Shown: positions 16,949 through 26,466, counted from the first letter of the stretch. The stretch is 35,158 nt of DNA from Candidatus Brevefilum sp. (GCA_007119455.1 SKPR01000145.1:1-35158); one strand, 5' to 3'. Notes: generated from the sequence alone by a model not told the origin. Numbers and translations: made by a program.

Positions 16949-19900
16949 CTAGGATTTCGGCTCAGGTTTTGTGTAGTGCATATCGGCCATTTGCTGGTAC
17001 AAACTCCAGCGGCTCTTGGCATCCTGCTTGGCTTTGGCCATCAACCTTTCTGCCCGTTCTTCGTTACTCTGCAAGAGCATACGGTAGCGGGTCTCGTTGT
17101 AGGCATACTCTTCAACCGACACGGTGGGGTCCTTGGAGTCAATTGAGAGCGGGTTTTCGCCCTGATCGGCCAGTTCGGGATTGTAACGGTAGATGGGCCA
17201 TACGCCAGATTTCACCGCCAAATCCTGTTGTTTGAGGCCGTACCGCATATTGATACCATGGGCGATACAGTGTGTGTAAGCAATGATCACCGATGGGCCA
17301 TCATAGGCTTCAGCTTCACGGAAGGCCTGCAGGGTCTGCCGGTCATTGGCGCCCATCGCCACCCGGGCCACATAGACGTAGCCATAAGACATGGCCATCA
17401 TGCCCAGGTCTTTCTTGGGCTGGTCTTTACCATTGGCAGCAAATTTCGCCACGGCAGCCCTGGGGGTCGCCTTGGAGGATTGGCCGCCGGTGTTGGAGTA
17501 AACCTCGGTGTCGAGCACCAGCACATTGACATTGCGACCGGAAGCCAGCACATGGTCGAGGCCGCCATAGCCGATATCATACGCCCAGCCATCACCACCG
17601 ATGATCCATACGCTCTTGCGGACCAGGTAGTCGGCGATTGAAAGCAGGTTGCGGGTAGCGGGTGTATCCAGCTCTTTGAGTTTGTCTTTGAGTTGGTCTA
17701 CACGCTCTCGTTGGGCTTCCAGTTCCTCATCGGTCTTTTGACTGGCATTCAAAATCGATTCAGCCAAATCTTCTCCGACATCATCCGCCAGTTTTTTAAG
17801 CAATTCGTTGGCAAATTCAACAAACTTATCGATGGTCAGGCGGAAGCCAAGGCCGAATTCGGCGTTATCTTCAAACAGCGAGTTGGACCAGGCCGGGCCG
17901 CGCCCTTGTGCGTTGACAGAATAAGGCGTGGTGGGCAGGTTCCCGCCGTAGATGGATGAACAGCCGGTGGCATTGGCGATAACCATACGGTCGCCAAAGA
18001 GCTGTGTGGCCAGTTTGATGTAGGGGGTCTCGCCACAGCCAGCGCAGGCACCGGAGAATTCAAACAGGGGTTCCAGCAGCTGTGAATTTTTAACCGTGTG
18101 GGCTGAGAAGCTCTTGCGGTCAGGGTTCGGCAGATTCTTGAAGAAGTCCCAATTTTCTGCTTCCTGTTCCCTCAATGGGGGTTGCTGCTCCATATTGATA
18201 GCCTTATGGCTGGGGTTCTGTTTGTCCTTGGCCGGGCAGGCTTCGACACACATGCCGCAGCCGGTGCAGTCTTCAGGGGCCACCTGGACGGTAAAGGCCC
18301 AACCATCACGAAATTCACGGAATTTGGCGTCGATGTGTTTGAAAGTTTCAGGTGCTTTGTCAAGGTGTGATTCTTCGTAAACCTTGGTGCGGATGGTGGC
18401 ATGCGGGCAGACATATGCGCATTTACCGCATTGGATACAGATGTCCGGGTCCCAAACCGGAATTTCCAGGGCCACATTGCGCTTCTCCCATTGGGTTGTT
18501 GCGGTTGGGAAAGAGCCATCCACCGGCATCTCACTCACACGCACATCGTCGCCGCGGCGGTCAATGATCTTGCCCAGGACCTCACGGACGTATTCAGGGG
18601 CTGCTTGGGGAACCGGGGGCTGCATGGCGATCTCGCTGGTAACTTCATCCGGCACTTCCACCTGGAACAGGTTTTCAAGGGCTTTGTCCACAGCTTTGAA
18701 GTTTTGCTCCACAACGGCATCACCACGTTTACCATAGGTCTTTTCAATGGATTTTTTGATCTCTTCGATCGCCTGATCCTTGGGAAGAATGCCGCTGATG
18801 GTAAAGAAACAGGTCTGCATGATCGTGTTGATCCGCTGACCCATATCGGTGTCGCGAGCAACTTCGTAAGCATCAATGCAGTAGAAATCCAGATCTTTTT
18901 CAATCAGGACTTCCTGAACTCTGGCAGGGAGGTTGTCCCACACTTCATCCGGTCCGTAGATGCTGTTGAGCAGGAAAATGCCGCCAGGTCGGGCAAACTT
19001 GAGCATATCAAATTTCTCAAGGAAGCTGAACTGATGGCAGGCCAGGAAGTTGGCTTCATTTTCTGCAATCAGATAGGGTGCCCGGATCGGTTCAGGCCCA
19101 AAACGCAGGTGCGAAACAGTGACCGCACCGGATTTCTTTGAGTCGTATTGGAAGTAACCCTGGGCGTAGTTTTCTGTTTCCTCACCAATGATCTTGATCG
19201 AGTTTTTATTGGCGCTGACGGTTCCATCGGCACCGAGGCCGTAGAACATGGCCTGGATCACGTCGTTGCCAAGGATCTCAAAAGATGGGTCCCAATCGAG
19301 ATTGGTATGGGAGACATCATCGAAAATACCCACAGTGAAGTGGTTCTTGGGGGTGTCTTTGTCCATTTCGTCGTAAACACCCTTAACCATAGCCGGTGTG
19401 AACTCTTTGGACGAAAGGCCAAAGCGTCCGCCGATCACCTTTGGCATGGATTCAAAGGGGGCAATTCCCAATTCAAGGCCTTCCTTGACGGCAGTGACCA
19501 CATCCAGGTAGAGGGGTTCACCGCTGGCACCCGGTTCTTTGGTGCGGTCGAGTACGGCAATGATCTTGACGGTAGCGGGGAGGGCTTCCATCAGATGGCT
19601 GACGGAGAAGGGGCGATAGAGCCTGACCGCGATCACACCGACTTTTTCACCATCATCGGCCAGTGCTCTGGCGGTTTCTTCAGCGGTTTCAACGCCTGAG
19701 GCCATCAAGACGATCACTTTCTCAGCGTCCGGTGCGCCCACATAATCAAAGAGATGGTACGATCGGCCAACCTGTTCGGCAAACTGATCCATCACTTCCT
19801 GGACAATTTCAGGTGTCCTGGCATAGAAGGGATTGACCGTCTCACGACCCTGGAAGAAAACATCCGGGTTCTGGGCGGTACCGCGCACAACCGGGTGATC

Positions 19901-20530
19901 CGGAGACAGGGCCCGGGAACGGTGTTGGGCAACCAGATCATCATCGATCAGGGCCGCTAAATCGTCTTCATCCAATCGCTCAATTTTGGCGATCTCATGT
20001 GAGTTGCGGAAGCCATCAAAAAAGTGCAGGAAAGGAACACGTGACCTCAGGGATGCGGCCTGCGCAATCAGGGTCATATCCTGGGACTGCTGCACGGAAT
20101 CGCTGGCCAGCAGCGCAAATCCGGTGGTCCTGGCCGCATTAATATCGGAGTGATCTCCGAAAATCGATAAGGCCTGGGCCGCGACTGAACGTGCGCTGAC
20201 ATTAAACACGGTGGGTGACAGTTCACCCGCAATTTTGTACATATTGGGGATCATCAAGAGCAGACCCTGAGAAGCCGTGAAGGTGGTGGTTAAACCACCG
20301 GTCTGAAGCGCACCATGAACGGCGCCAGCAGCACCGCCTTCAGCCTGCATTTCAATGACATCCGGAACTGTACCCCAAATATTGGGGATGCCTTCAGCGG
20401 CCCATTCATCGGCGAATTCGCCCATCGGCGACGAGGGTGTGATCGGGTAAATCGCAATGATCTCGTTCAACCGGTAGGACACCCAGGCAGTTGCCTCATT
20501 GGCATCCGTCATTACCATTTCACGTTTCAT
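16949..20530 (-). CDS. nifJ: Pyruvate:ferredoxin (flavodoxin) oxidoreductase, single-chain
   Basis: 'IYPITPS', 'TTFTASQGLLLM', 'GLGADGTV', two ferredoxin motifs (CIQCGKCAYVCP, CTGCGMCVEACP), 'FSGACAGCGETPY', TPP motif 'GGDGWAYDIG'; AAGGAG RBS before ATG 20530. Confidence 0.97.
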   Translation of the reverse strand: MKREMVMTDANEATAWVSYRLNEIIAIYPITPSSPMGEFADEWAAEGIPNIWGTVPDVIEMQAEGGAAGAVHGALQTGGLTTTFTASQGLLLMIPNMYKIAGELSPTVFNVSARSVAAQALSIFGDHSDINAARTTGFALLASDSVQQSQDMTLIAQAASLRSRVPFLHFFDGFRNSHEIAKIERLDEDDLAALIDDDLVAQHRSRALSPDHPVVRGTAQNPDVFFQGRETVNPFYARTPEIVQEVMDQFAEQVGRSYHLFDYVGAPDAEKVIVLMASGVETAEETARALADDGEKVGVIAVRLYRPFSVSHLMEALPATVKIIAVLDRTKEPGASGEPLYLDVVTAVKEGLELGIAPFESMPKVIGGRFGLSSKEFTPAMVKGVYDEMDKDTPKNHFTVGIFDDVSHTNLDWDPSFEILGNDVIQAMFYGLGADGTVSANKNSIKIIGEETENYAQGYFQYDSKKSGAVTVSHLRFGPEPIRAPYLIAENEANFLACHQFSFLEKFDMLKFARPGGIFLLNSIYGPDEVWDNLPARVQEVLIEKDLDFYCIDAYEVARDTDMGQRINTIMQTCFFTISGILPKDQAIEEIKKSIEKTYGKRGDAVVEQNFKAVDKALENLFQVEVPDEVTSEIAMQPPVPQAAPEYVREVLGKIIDRRGDDVRVSEMPVDGSFPTATTQWEKRNVALEIPVWDPDICIQCGKCAYVCPHATIRTKVYEESHLDKAPETFKHIDAKFREFRDGWAFTVQVAPEDCTGCGMCVEACPAKDKQNPSHKAINMEQQPPLREQEAENWDFFKNLPNPDRKSFSAHTVKNSQLLEPLFEFSGACAGCGETPYIKLATQLFGDRMVIANATGCSSIYGGNLPTTPYSVNAQGRGPAWSNSLFEDNAEFGLGFRLTIDKFVEFANELLKKLADDVGEDLAESILNASQKTDEELEAQRERVDQLKDKLKELDTPATRNLLSIADYLVRKSVWIIGGDGWAYDIGYGGLDHVLASGRNVNVLVLDTEVYSNTGGQSSKATPRAAVAKFAANGKDQPKKDLGMMAMSYGYVYVARVAMGANDRQTLQAFREAEAYDGPSVIIAYTHCIAHGINMRYGLKQQDLAVKSGVWPIYRYNPELADQGENPLSIDSKDPTVSVEEYAYNETRYRMLLQSNEERAERLMAKAKQDAKSRWSLYQQMADMHYTKPEPKS

Positions 20531-20672
20531 GAACAATACTCCTTTTATTGGTATTTACTTTTTAATCGTTCTACGAACGGGATTTTCCAGTGTTTGATGT
20601 AATCGTAGACAGAAAAGGTTCATCTCTGGAATTTTCCAGTCGTTAAGTATAACCTGATTCAAACGATCTTAT

Positions 20673-20690
20673 ATGTTATATTTTTCACAT
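20673..20690. promoter_or_regulatory. Candidate Rex (NADH/NAD+ sensor) operator upstream of nifJ
   Basis: Minus strand ATGTGAA-AAAT-ATAACAT resembles the Rex consensus TTGTGAA-N4-TTCACAA and lies just upstream of a TATACT -10 (20651-20646). Confidence 0.45.
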
Positions 20691-20782
20691 TCGGGAATGT
20701 AACCTGTCATAATCCCAGCGGTGTTCATTTTGTCGGTCCAGCCCCACTTTGATTGTACCCAAGTGCTATTGTGAAAGAAAAC

Positions 20783-21319
20783 TCAATCTGTATTTTTTAA
20801 TAAAGGTTGTGCCAGTAAGAGGGTGGCCAGTGTTTTACCATCCTGGAAATCACCATCCAGAGCCATTTTATAGACCTTATCCACCGGGATGGCAGTCACT
20901 TCAATAAATTCGTCTTCGTCCGCGTCGAGAGGTGCCTGATACAGCCCGGTTGCCAGGAAAACAGACATGTATTCATCCGTATAACCCGGCGCCAGATAAA
21001 AACCGCCCAGGGACGTCATCTCACGGGCTGCCATGCCAATTTCTTCACGCAGTTCACGCCGAGCGCAAGCCAGTGGGGATTCGCCCGGGTCCAAAACCCC
21101 GGCTGGCAGTTCGAGCAGCACGCCATCTGCGCCAATCCGGTGCTGGGTGACAAAGTAAACCCGGTTTTCCGAATCCACCGGTAAGACCGTGACCGAGTCA
21201 CCATGCTCAACCAGGTCGTAATCCCGTTCCCGACCATCTGGCAAACGGACATGGACTTTAGCTACATCAAAGGCGTGGCCTTCATAGTGTTTCGTGCGGT
21301 TCAGTTCTTTGAATTTCAT
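20783..21319 (-). CDS. Nudix hydrolase (ADP-ribose pyrophosphatase-like)
   Basis: Nudix box 'ELPAGVLDPGESPLACARRELREEIG', 'FYLAPGYTDE', 'DEDEFIEV', 'DGKT'. Confidence 0.92.
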   Translation of the reverse strand: MKFKELNRTKHYEGHAFDVAKVHVRLPDGRERDYDLVEHGDSVTVLPVDSENRVYFVTQHRIGADGVLLELPAGVLDPGESPLACARRELREEIGMAAREMTSLGGFYLAPGYTDEYMSVFLATGLYQAPLDADEDEFIEVTAIPVDKVYKMALDGDFQDGKTLATLLLAQPLLKNTD

Positions 21320-21440
21320 TGGGCCCTTATCATTTATCCATTAGTTGTAACAGCATAGGAAGTTCTGCTTCTGAAGGCTTGTGCCGTATCTTCCCTTTCA
21401 TGCTGAGTAGTTACCCTCATTTTATAGTATTAGAAAGACT

Positions 21441-21477
21441 AAAAAAGCTGTGCTTTGAACGCAATTCAAAGCACAGC
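21441..21477 (-). terminator. Rho-independent terminator of the LysM gene
   Basis: 13-bp perfect stem GCTGTGCTTTGAA/TTCAAAGCACAGC followed by T6 on the minus strand. Confidence 0.85.
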
Positions 21478-21513
21478 ACAGTGGGTTCCTCAATCGGGAA
21501 TCAGCACAAAGGA

Positions 21514-22143
21514 TCAGGGAATATCCAACGTCTGTCCGGGAGAAAGGGTATAAGGCTCTTGCAAGTTGTTGACAGCGATGATCGCTTCCGGTGAGACATC
21601 GCCATAAAAACAGGCAATCGAGTAAATGGTTTCACCTGCGGCAACGGTATGGGTGGTGGGGTGCGGATTGCGAACCCGGCCTGCCCCTTCCCAGGTGCCG
21701 GTCTGGGGGATCTGGATGGTTGTACCCGGGCTGAGCAGATCATTCGGGCCCAGGTTATTGAGGCTGAGAAGATCCTGCGGGTTCAGGTTAAACCGCCTGG
21801 CAATACAATAGGGGAATTCACCCTCACGCAAGGTGTATTCCGCTGGGCGGGTAACGGTGGGGACGAAAACTGTAGGTTGCGGTACAGGTGTGTCCGTAGG
21901 TACAGCAACCGGATCTTCGCCATTAATATCTTCTCCCGGTTCCTGAGGATCGGTTTGGATTTCTTTGGCAATTGCGGTTTGGGTTATGAAGAATTCATTG
22001 GTGTCGTCGTGGATGCGGATGGGTGTGGTCATCGCCTGTGTGTCCGGTGTTTCTGGCGCTTGTGACGCAGGGAGCTTACAACCTGCCAAAAGCAAGGCAA
22101 AGACCACAAAGCTGACCATGACAATTCCAAGTTTTTTAGTCAT
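21514..22143 (-). CDS. Lipoprotein with two LysM peptidoglycan-binding domains
   Basis: Lipobox LAGC; LysM1 'YTLREGEFPYCIARRFNL...TTIQIP'; LysM2 'HTVAAGETIYSIA...LSPGQTLDIP'; AAGGAG RBS. Confidence 0.92.
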   Translation of the reverse strand: MTKKLGIVMVSFVVFALLLAGCKLPASQAPETPDTQAMTTPIRIHDDTNEFFITQTAIAKEIQTDPQEPGEDINGEDPVAVPTDTPVPQPTVFVPTVTRPAEYTLREGEFPYCIARRFNLNPQDLLSLNNLGPNDLLSPGTTIQIPQTGTWEGAGRVRNPHPTTHTVAAGETIYSIACFYGDVSPEAIIAVNNLQEPYTLSPGQTLDIP

Positions 22144-22197
22144 CGGCGCATCTCCTTCTCAGGTCATATTTGTTTGATAAGATAATAATTATCTGAA

Positions 22198-22241
22198 TAT
22201 GTTGTTAACAACATAGTAGCATAATACCCATTAAGCGTCAA
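22198..22241 (-). promoter_or_regulatory. Sigma70 promoter of the LysM gene with overlapping 18-bp perfect palindrome (candidate operator)
   Basis: TTGACG (22241-22236), 17 nt, TACTAT (22218-22213) preceded by TGc; palindrome TATGTTGTTAACAACATA at 22198-22215. Confidence 0.65.
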
Positions 22242-22714
22242 GTTGCCCGGTGGACTTGGCGGGTCTGGTGCAACAGCTTTCTTAATAGCCTGAATAAATA
22301 ACCACGCTTTGAGACCATCCAATTCCGCCATTGGACAATATCATCCCAACCCAAGTTTCAGGCATTAGCTAAGCCCGGCCATTAACGCCCTGACATCAAT
22401 CCGCTTAACGGGTTAAAGGTGACGGGCTTTATTAAGAAAAGTAGCAGCTTTCACACCTGGTTGGAATCCAAGTTAATTGAGCTATCGAATAATGGGTTGA
22501 AATGCCAGGTTCTCGGTTGCCTATACAAGACTTGGTTTAAAAGACCCTGATGGGGTAATATCGGGTCACAAAATAATAAATTTAACAAGTTCGTCTATTT
22601 ACGAAACGAATTTACGTCTGGATGGAAAGGTTTCCATCAACACCCACATCGGACACTGTGTTAATGTAAGTCTTACCATCCGGGATTAAAATGAAGGCGA
22701 AAGGAAACAAAGAA

Positions 22715-23914
22715 ATGGGTTCACCAAAATCAAAATTATGGATTGTTTTCAGCGTTTTGCTGATCGCGCTGATGGCCTGTTCCATTCCGGGTGCATTTGA
22801 TATCACATCACTTGCAGAAGAAATTGAAGAAGCTGTCGAAGTGGCTATTCCCCAGGACACAGACGAAGACGAAGGTCCGCCACAGAACGATATTATCCGC
22901 GATGAGGTCCTTTTACAGGACACCCTGGTGGCATTATATGATCAGGTCAGCCCGGGCGTGGTTTCCATCCAGGTATTTGCGGAAGGTAGTTCCGGGATCG
23001 GATCAGGTTTTGTGATCGACAATGAGGGCCATATCGTGACCAATTATCACGTTGTGCAGATTGCCCAAGAAGTCGAAGTTCACTTTCCAAGCGGCTTGAA
23101 GGTTTTTGGACAGGTGATCGGTGAAGATCTGGATTCTGATCTCGCATTGATCCGGGTTGATGTTAACCCTGAAGAACTCTATCCGATACCCTTGGGTGAC
23201 TCAAACCAGGTACGGGTCGGCCAGACAGTCGTTGCGATCGGAAACCCCTTTGGACTGAGCGGCACCATGACGGTTGGGATCATCTCAGCCCGAGGGCGTA
23301 CGCTTGAATCCATCCGGCAGACCGAGGCAGGGGCTTTCTTCTCGGCAGGAGACCTGCTTCAGACGGATGCCACGATCAACCCCGGAAATTCTGGCGGACC
23401 GCTTTTAAATCTGAATGGTGAGGTGGTGGGAATCAACCGGGCCCTGCAGACCGGGGCAGGCACACAGCTGGGTGCCACATCAAATACCGGGATCGGTTTT
23501 GCTGTTTCATCCAATATCCTGCAGCTTGTATTACCGACATTGAAAGAAGGCGAAACTTACCAGTATCCTTATCTGGGTCTTTCAAGCCTCCCCTCTCTGT
23601 CTCTGGCGCAGGCTGAATTCTTAGGCCTGCCACAGGCTACGGGCGCATACATTGTAGAAATTGTTCCGGACGGGCCTTCTGACCAGGCTGGATTACGCGA
23701 CGGAGATGAACCAACCCAGGTGCCGGGATTGTTTGCCAACGGCGATTTAATCATCCAGGTGGATGATGTTGAAGTACTTGAGTTCAGTGAACTCCTGAGC
23801 TATATGATGCTCAATAAACAACCTGGTGATACGATGGATGTCACTGTCATCCGTGACGGGGAAGAGATGGTGGTCACCGTCACACTGGGTGAACGACCTC
23901 CGACCCGACAATAA
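22715..23914 (+). CDS. HtrA/DegP-family serine protease lipoprotein (trypsin domain plus one PDZ)
   Basis: Lipobox LMAC; catalytic triad in 'TNYHVV', 'SDLAL', 'INPGNSGGPL'; C-terminal PDZ; AAGGA RBS before ATG 22715. Confidence 0.93.
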   Translation: MGSPKSKLWIVFSVLLIALMACSIPGAFDITSLAEEIEEAVEVAIPQDTDEDEGPPQNDIIRDEVLLQDTLVALYDQVSPGVVSIQVFAEGSSGIGSGFVIDNEGHIVTNYHVVQIAQEVEVHFPSGLKVFGQVIGEDLDSDLALIRVDVNPEELYPIPLGDSNQVRVGQTVVAIGNPFGLSGTMTVGIISARGRTLESIRQTEAGAFFSAGDLLQTDATINPGNSGGPLLNLNGEVVGINRALQTGAGTQLGATSNTGIGFAVSSNILQLVLPTLKEGETYQYPYLGLSSLPSLSLAQAEFLGLPQATGAYIVEIVPDGPSDQAGLRDGDEPTQVPGLFANGDLIIQVDDVEVLEFSELLSYMMLNKQPGDTMDVTVIRDGEEMVVTVTLGERPPTRQ

Positions 23915-23927
23915 AATCCAAACTCAC

Positions 23928-23966
23928 AAACCGCTGTGGATCTTGCTGCAGCGGTTTTTTATTTTT
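23928..23966 (+). terminator. Rho-independent terminator after the HtrA gene
   Basis: AAACCGCTG...CAGCGGTTT stem followed by TTTATTTTT. Confidence 0.8.
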
Positions 23967-24078
23967 AACACGATGTTTTTGAAATAAATCCCGGTTTGCG
24001 ATAAAATTAACCCATAGTTTGTTCGATTCGAGCAAACGCTCACCTTAAAATTCCACAATAAATCAAATGGAGGCAATA

Positions 24079-25173
24079 ATGTTTTCCGAAAAAGACCTGC
24101 AAGCTCTTTTGAACTATTCATCAGATGGGCGGGTGTTGAGTGTGTATTTAAACACTGATCCCACTGAAACCAGTGCAGAAGCTGCAAAACTCCAGCTTCG
24201 TAATGCACTTAAATCGGTCAAACTTCCGGAAGATGTCCAGGTTGTAGAAAACTTTATTAACTTCGAATACGATTGGGCGGCAAAGGGGTTGGTTTTATTC
24301 TCAGATCAATCATCAGATTTTCTCAAATCTTATCAATTCGGTGTACCGGTGCCCAATGAGGTGTATGCAGGGAAACATCCTGTCATCCGGCCACTGGTGC
24401 GGCTATTAGATGTCTTTACCGGTTGGAGTGTGGTACTGGTTGATAAACAGGGCGCACGACTGTTCCTGTTTGATCTGGGCGAATTGGCAGAGGTGGGGGT
24501 CTCTGGTGACGAAGTCAAACAAGCCAAACGCGGAGGCGGCAATGCCATGCATGGCAGGATGGGCGGCGCAGATATCAGTGGAAAGGTTGAAAATATTATT
24601 GAACGGAACATCAAAGAAGTTATCGACACAGCGACCAATTATTTCAATCATCATCACGTTCGGCGGATTATGATCGGTGGCACCGAAGATAATATCGCCC
24701 GTTTTAAAGAAGAATTACCCAAATCATGGCAATCACTGGTCGTCGGTGATTTTTCGATGAGTATGACGGCCAACCACCAGGAAGTGCTGGAACAGGCCAT
24801 GCATGAGGCCCTTTCCGCCCAAAAGAAAATTAATGGGGCTCTGGTCGATCAGGCCATTACGCAGGCTGCCAAAGGCAGTTCAGGCGTAACCGGACTGTCT
24901 GAAACGCTCAATGCGATTCATGAGGGTCGGGTAAAAACTTTACTGGTTTTGGATGATAATGAACAACCAGGTTACCGATGCCAGGGCTGCGGGTTTTTGT
25001 CCTCACAAAAAATCAAGCAATGCCCCTTCTGCGGCAGCAGTTTTGAAGAAATTGAAACAGCAGTAGAAATGGCCGTACAGGAGGCCTTAAATAAAAATGC
25101 GGAAGTTAAAGTGCTCTCAGAAAACAAAGCACTGGAAGGGGCAGGCGGAATTGCAGCCGTGTTGCGGTATTGA
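24079..25173 (+). CDS. Bacterial archaeo-eukaryotic release factor (baeRF1/eRF1-pelota superfamily) homolog with C-terminal Zn ribbon
   Basis: 'VLSVYLN', 'KGLVLFS', 'VVLVDKQGARLF', 'IMIGG', 'GRVKTLLV', CQGCG...CPFCG and C-terminal 'GGIAAVLRY' as in eRF1 domain 3; GGAGG RBS before ATG 24079. Confidence 0.85.
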   Translation: MFSEKDLQALLNYSSDGRVLSVYLNTDPTETSAEAAKLQLRNALKSVKLPEDVQVVENFINFEYDWAAKGLVLFSDQSSDFLKSYQFGVPVPNEVYAGKHPVIRPLVRLLDVFTGWSVVLVDKQGARLFLFDLGELAEVGVSGDEVKQAKRGGGNAMHGRMGGADISGKVENIIERNIKEVIDTATNYFNHHHVRRIMIGGTEDNIARFKEELPKSWQSLVVGDFSMSMTANHQEVLEQAMHEALSAQKKINGALVDQAITQAAKGSSGVTGLSETLNAIHEGRVKTLLVLDDNEQPGYRCQGCGFLSSQKIKQCPFCGSSFEEIETAVEMAVQEALNKNAEVKVLSENKALEGAGGIAAVLRY

Positions 25174-25196
25174 AATTAGCCACTGACCAGACCAAG

Positions 25197-25230
25197 AACC
25201 CCAGAATCATGCTCGATCTGGGGTTTATTT
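25197..25230 (+). terminator. Rho-independent terminator
   Basis: AACCCCAGA...TCTGGGGTT followed by TATTT. Confidence 0.65.
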
Positions 25231-25348
25231 ATGACTGGCAATTACACACCACCTGACCCAGCGTTTGCACCAGTTTTTTATAAAGCAGCACATAACCCAT
25301 TTCAATCTGGAAAATGTGTAGAATTTACGAAATCATGCAGGAGAAATC

Positions 25349-26182
25349 ATGAACAACGATAAATTAATGGAAGACAAAATGGTATTGATCACCGGTGCAA
25401 CCGATGGGATTGGCGAATCCACTGCCCGTCAACTGGCTGAAATGGGGGCACAGGTCATCATTCATGGGCGCGACCCGGAAAAAGCAGCCAGGGTCAAGGA
25501 GGATATCATCCTGGCAACCGGTAATAAGCGTGTGGATACAGTGATTGCTGATTTTATAATGATGGCCAATGTGCGCGCGCTGGCTCATGAGATTAAAGAA
25601 AAGGTCAATAAGCTGGATGTGTTAATCAATAACGCCGGTGTTTACATGCAGCAATATGTGGAAACACCGGATGGATTTGAAATGACCTTTGCCGTCAACC
25701 ACCTGGCCCCTTTTTTACTCACACACCTACTACTCGATCTCTTGATCGAATCAGCCCCGGCTCGGATTATCAACGTCAGTTCATCAGCTCATGGCAGCGC
25801 CCGAGTTGACCTTGAAAACCTTAATGCAGAAAAGAAGTTCCATGGGTGGGGGGCCTATTGTCTTTCAAAGCTGGGCAATGTGTTGTTTACCTTTGCCCTG
25901 GCGCGAAGGTTGGAGGGTACGGGGGTCGCGGTAAATGCCTTACACCCGGGTGCAGTCGACACAAAGATGCTAAACCAGTTGGGAATGTCGGGCAAATCGG
26001 TTGAAGAGGGTGCTGAAACACCTGTGTACTTGGCCAGCTCACCTGAGGTGGCTGAGATCAGCGGGTCGTATTTCAGCAAGAAACGGATTGCCAAACCCTC
26101 CGAAGCCGCGCGCGACCAGGCATTACAAGAAAAATTCTGGCAGATCAGCGCTGATCTGGTCGGGATAGAACCTGCACAATAA
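25349..26182 (+). CDS. SDR family oxidoreductase (retinol dehydrogenase-like)
   Basis: 'ITGATDGIG', 'LINNAG', 'FAVNHLAPFLLT', 'NVSS', catalytic YCLSK, 'LHPGAVDT'. Confidence 0.93.
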   Translation: MNNDKLMEDKMVLITGATDGIGESTARQLAEMGAQVIIHGRDPEKAARVKEDIILATGNKRVDTVIADFIMMANVRALAHEIKEKVNKLDVLINNAGVYMQQYVETPDGFEMTFAVNHLAPFLLTHLLLDLLIESAPARIINVSSSAHGSARVDLENLNAEKKFHGWGAYCLSKLGNVLFTFALARRLEGTGVAVNALHPGAVDTKMLNQLGMSGKSVEEGAETPVYLASSPEVAEISGSYFSKKRIAKPSEAARDQALQEKFWQISADLVGIEPAQ

Positions 26183-26333
26183 GCATCAATTTATATTAAA
26201 ATATTTTGACAATATGCTATTTAATCGACAACGTTAATCGAATATTAACGGTAAACGCCATTTTTGTGCATCTGTTCTTAACATTGCTCATTTATAATCG
26301 AAAAAATACTCTAGCTCATCAGAAATCAGGTCT

Positions 26334-26447
26334 ATGTTTTTTGTCTTCATCTTGATCTTCGTTACTATTATGTGGGTGCACCATATGTATTATGGTAAGC
26401 ACCTGAATCCGGTTGGGATGGTAGCGGTCAGTCGAAGAAGCTCATAG
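26334..26447 (+). CDS. Putative attenuator leader peptide MFFVFILIFVTIMWVHHMYYGKHLNPVGMVAVSRRSS (37 aa)
   Basis: ATG about 35 nt after TATAAT (26293-26298); first 20 codons are only F/V/I/L/M/W/H/Y/T; ends 21 nt before a terminator and contains the antiterminator strand. RBS is weak (AGG). Confidence 0.6.
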   Translation: MFFVFILIFVTIMWVHHMYYGKHLNPVGMVAVSRRSS

Positions 26448-26466
26448 ACCAAAATAAAAATCTATC

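Noticed and set aside
17228-19960. Long plus-strand ORFs (for example 18401-19141 and 19148-19699)
   Set aside because: Antisense shadows of nifJ caused by codon bias.
22612-22923. 103-aa minus-strand ORF
   Set aside because: Mostly overlaps the HtrA gene antisense and has a low-complexity Ser-rich translation.
26370-26396. 'MWVHHMY' in the leader peptide resembles the CuB-binding WxHHM motif of heme-copper oxidase subunit I
   Set aside because: The ORF is 37 aa with no other oxidase similarity, so this is treated as a coincidence of codon composition.
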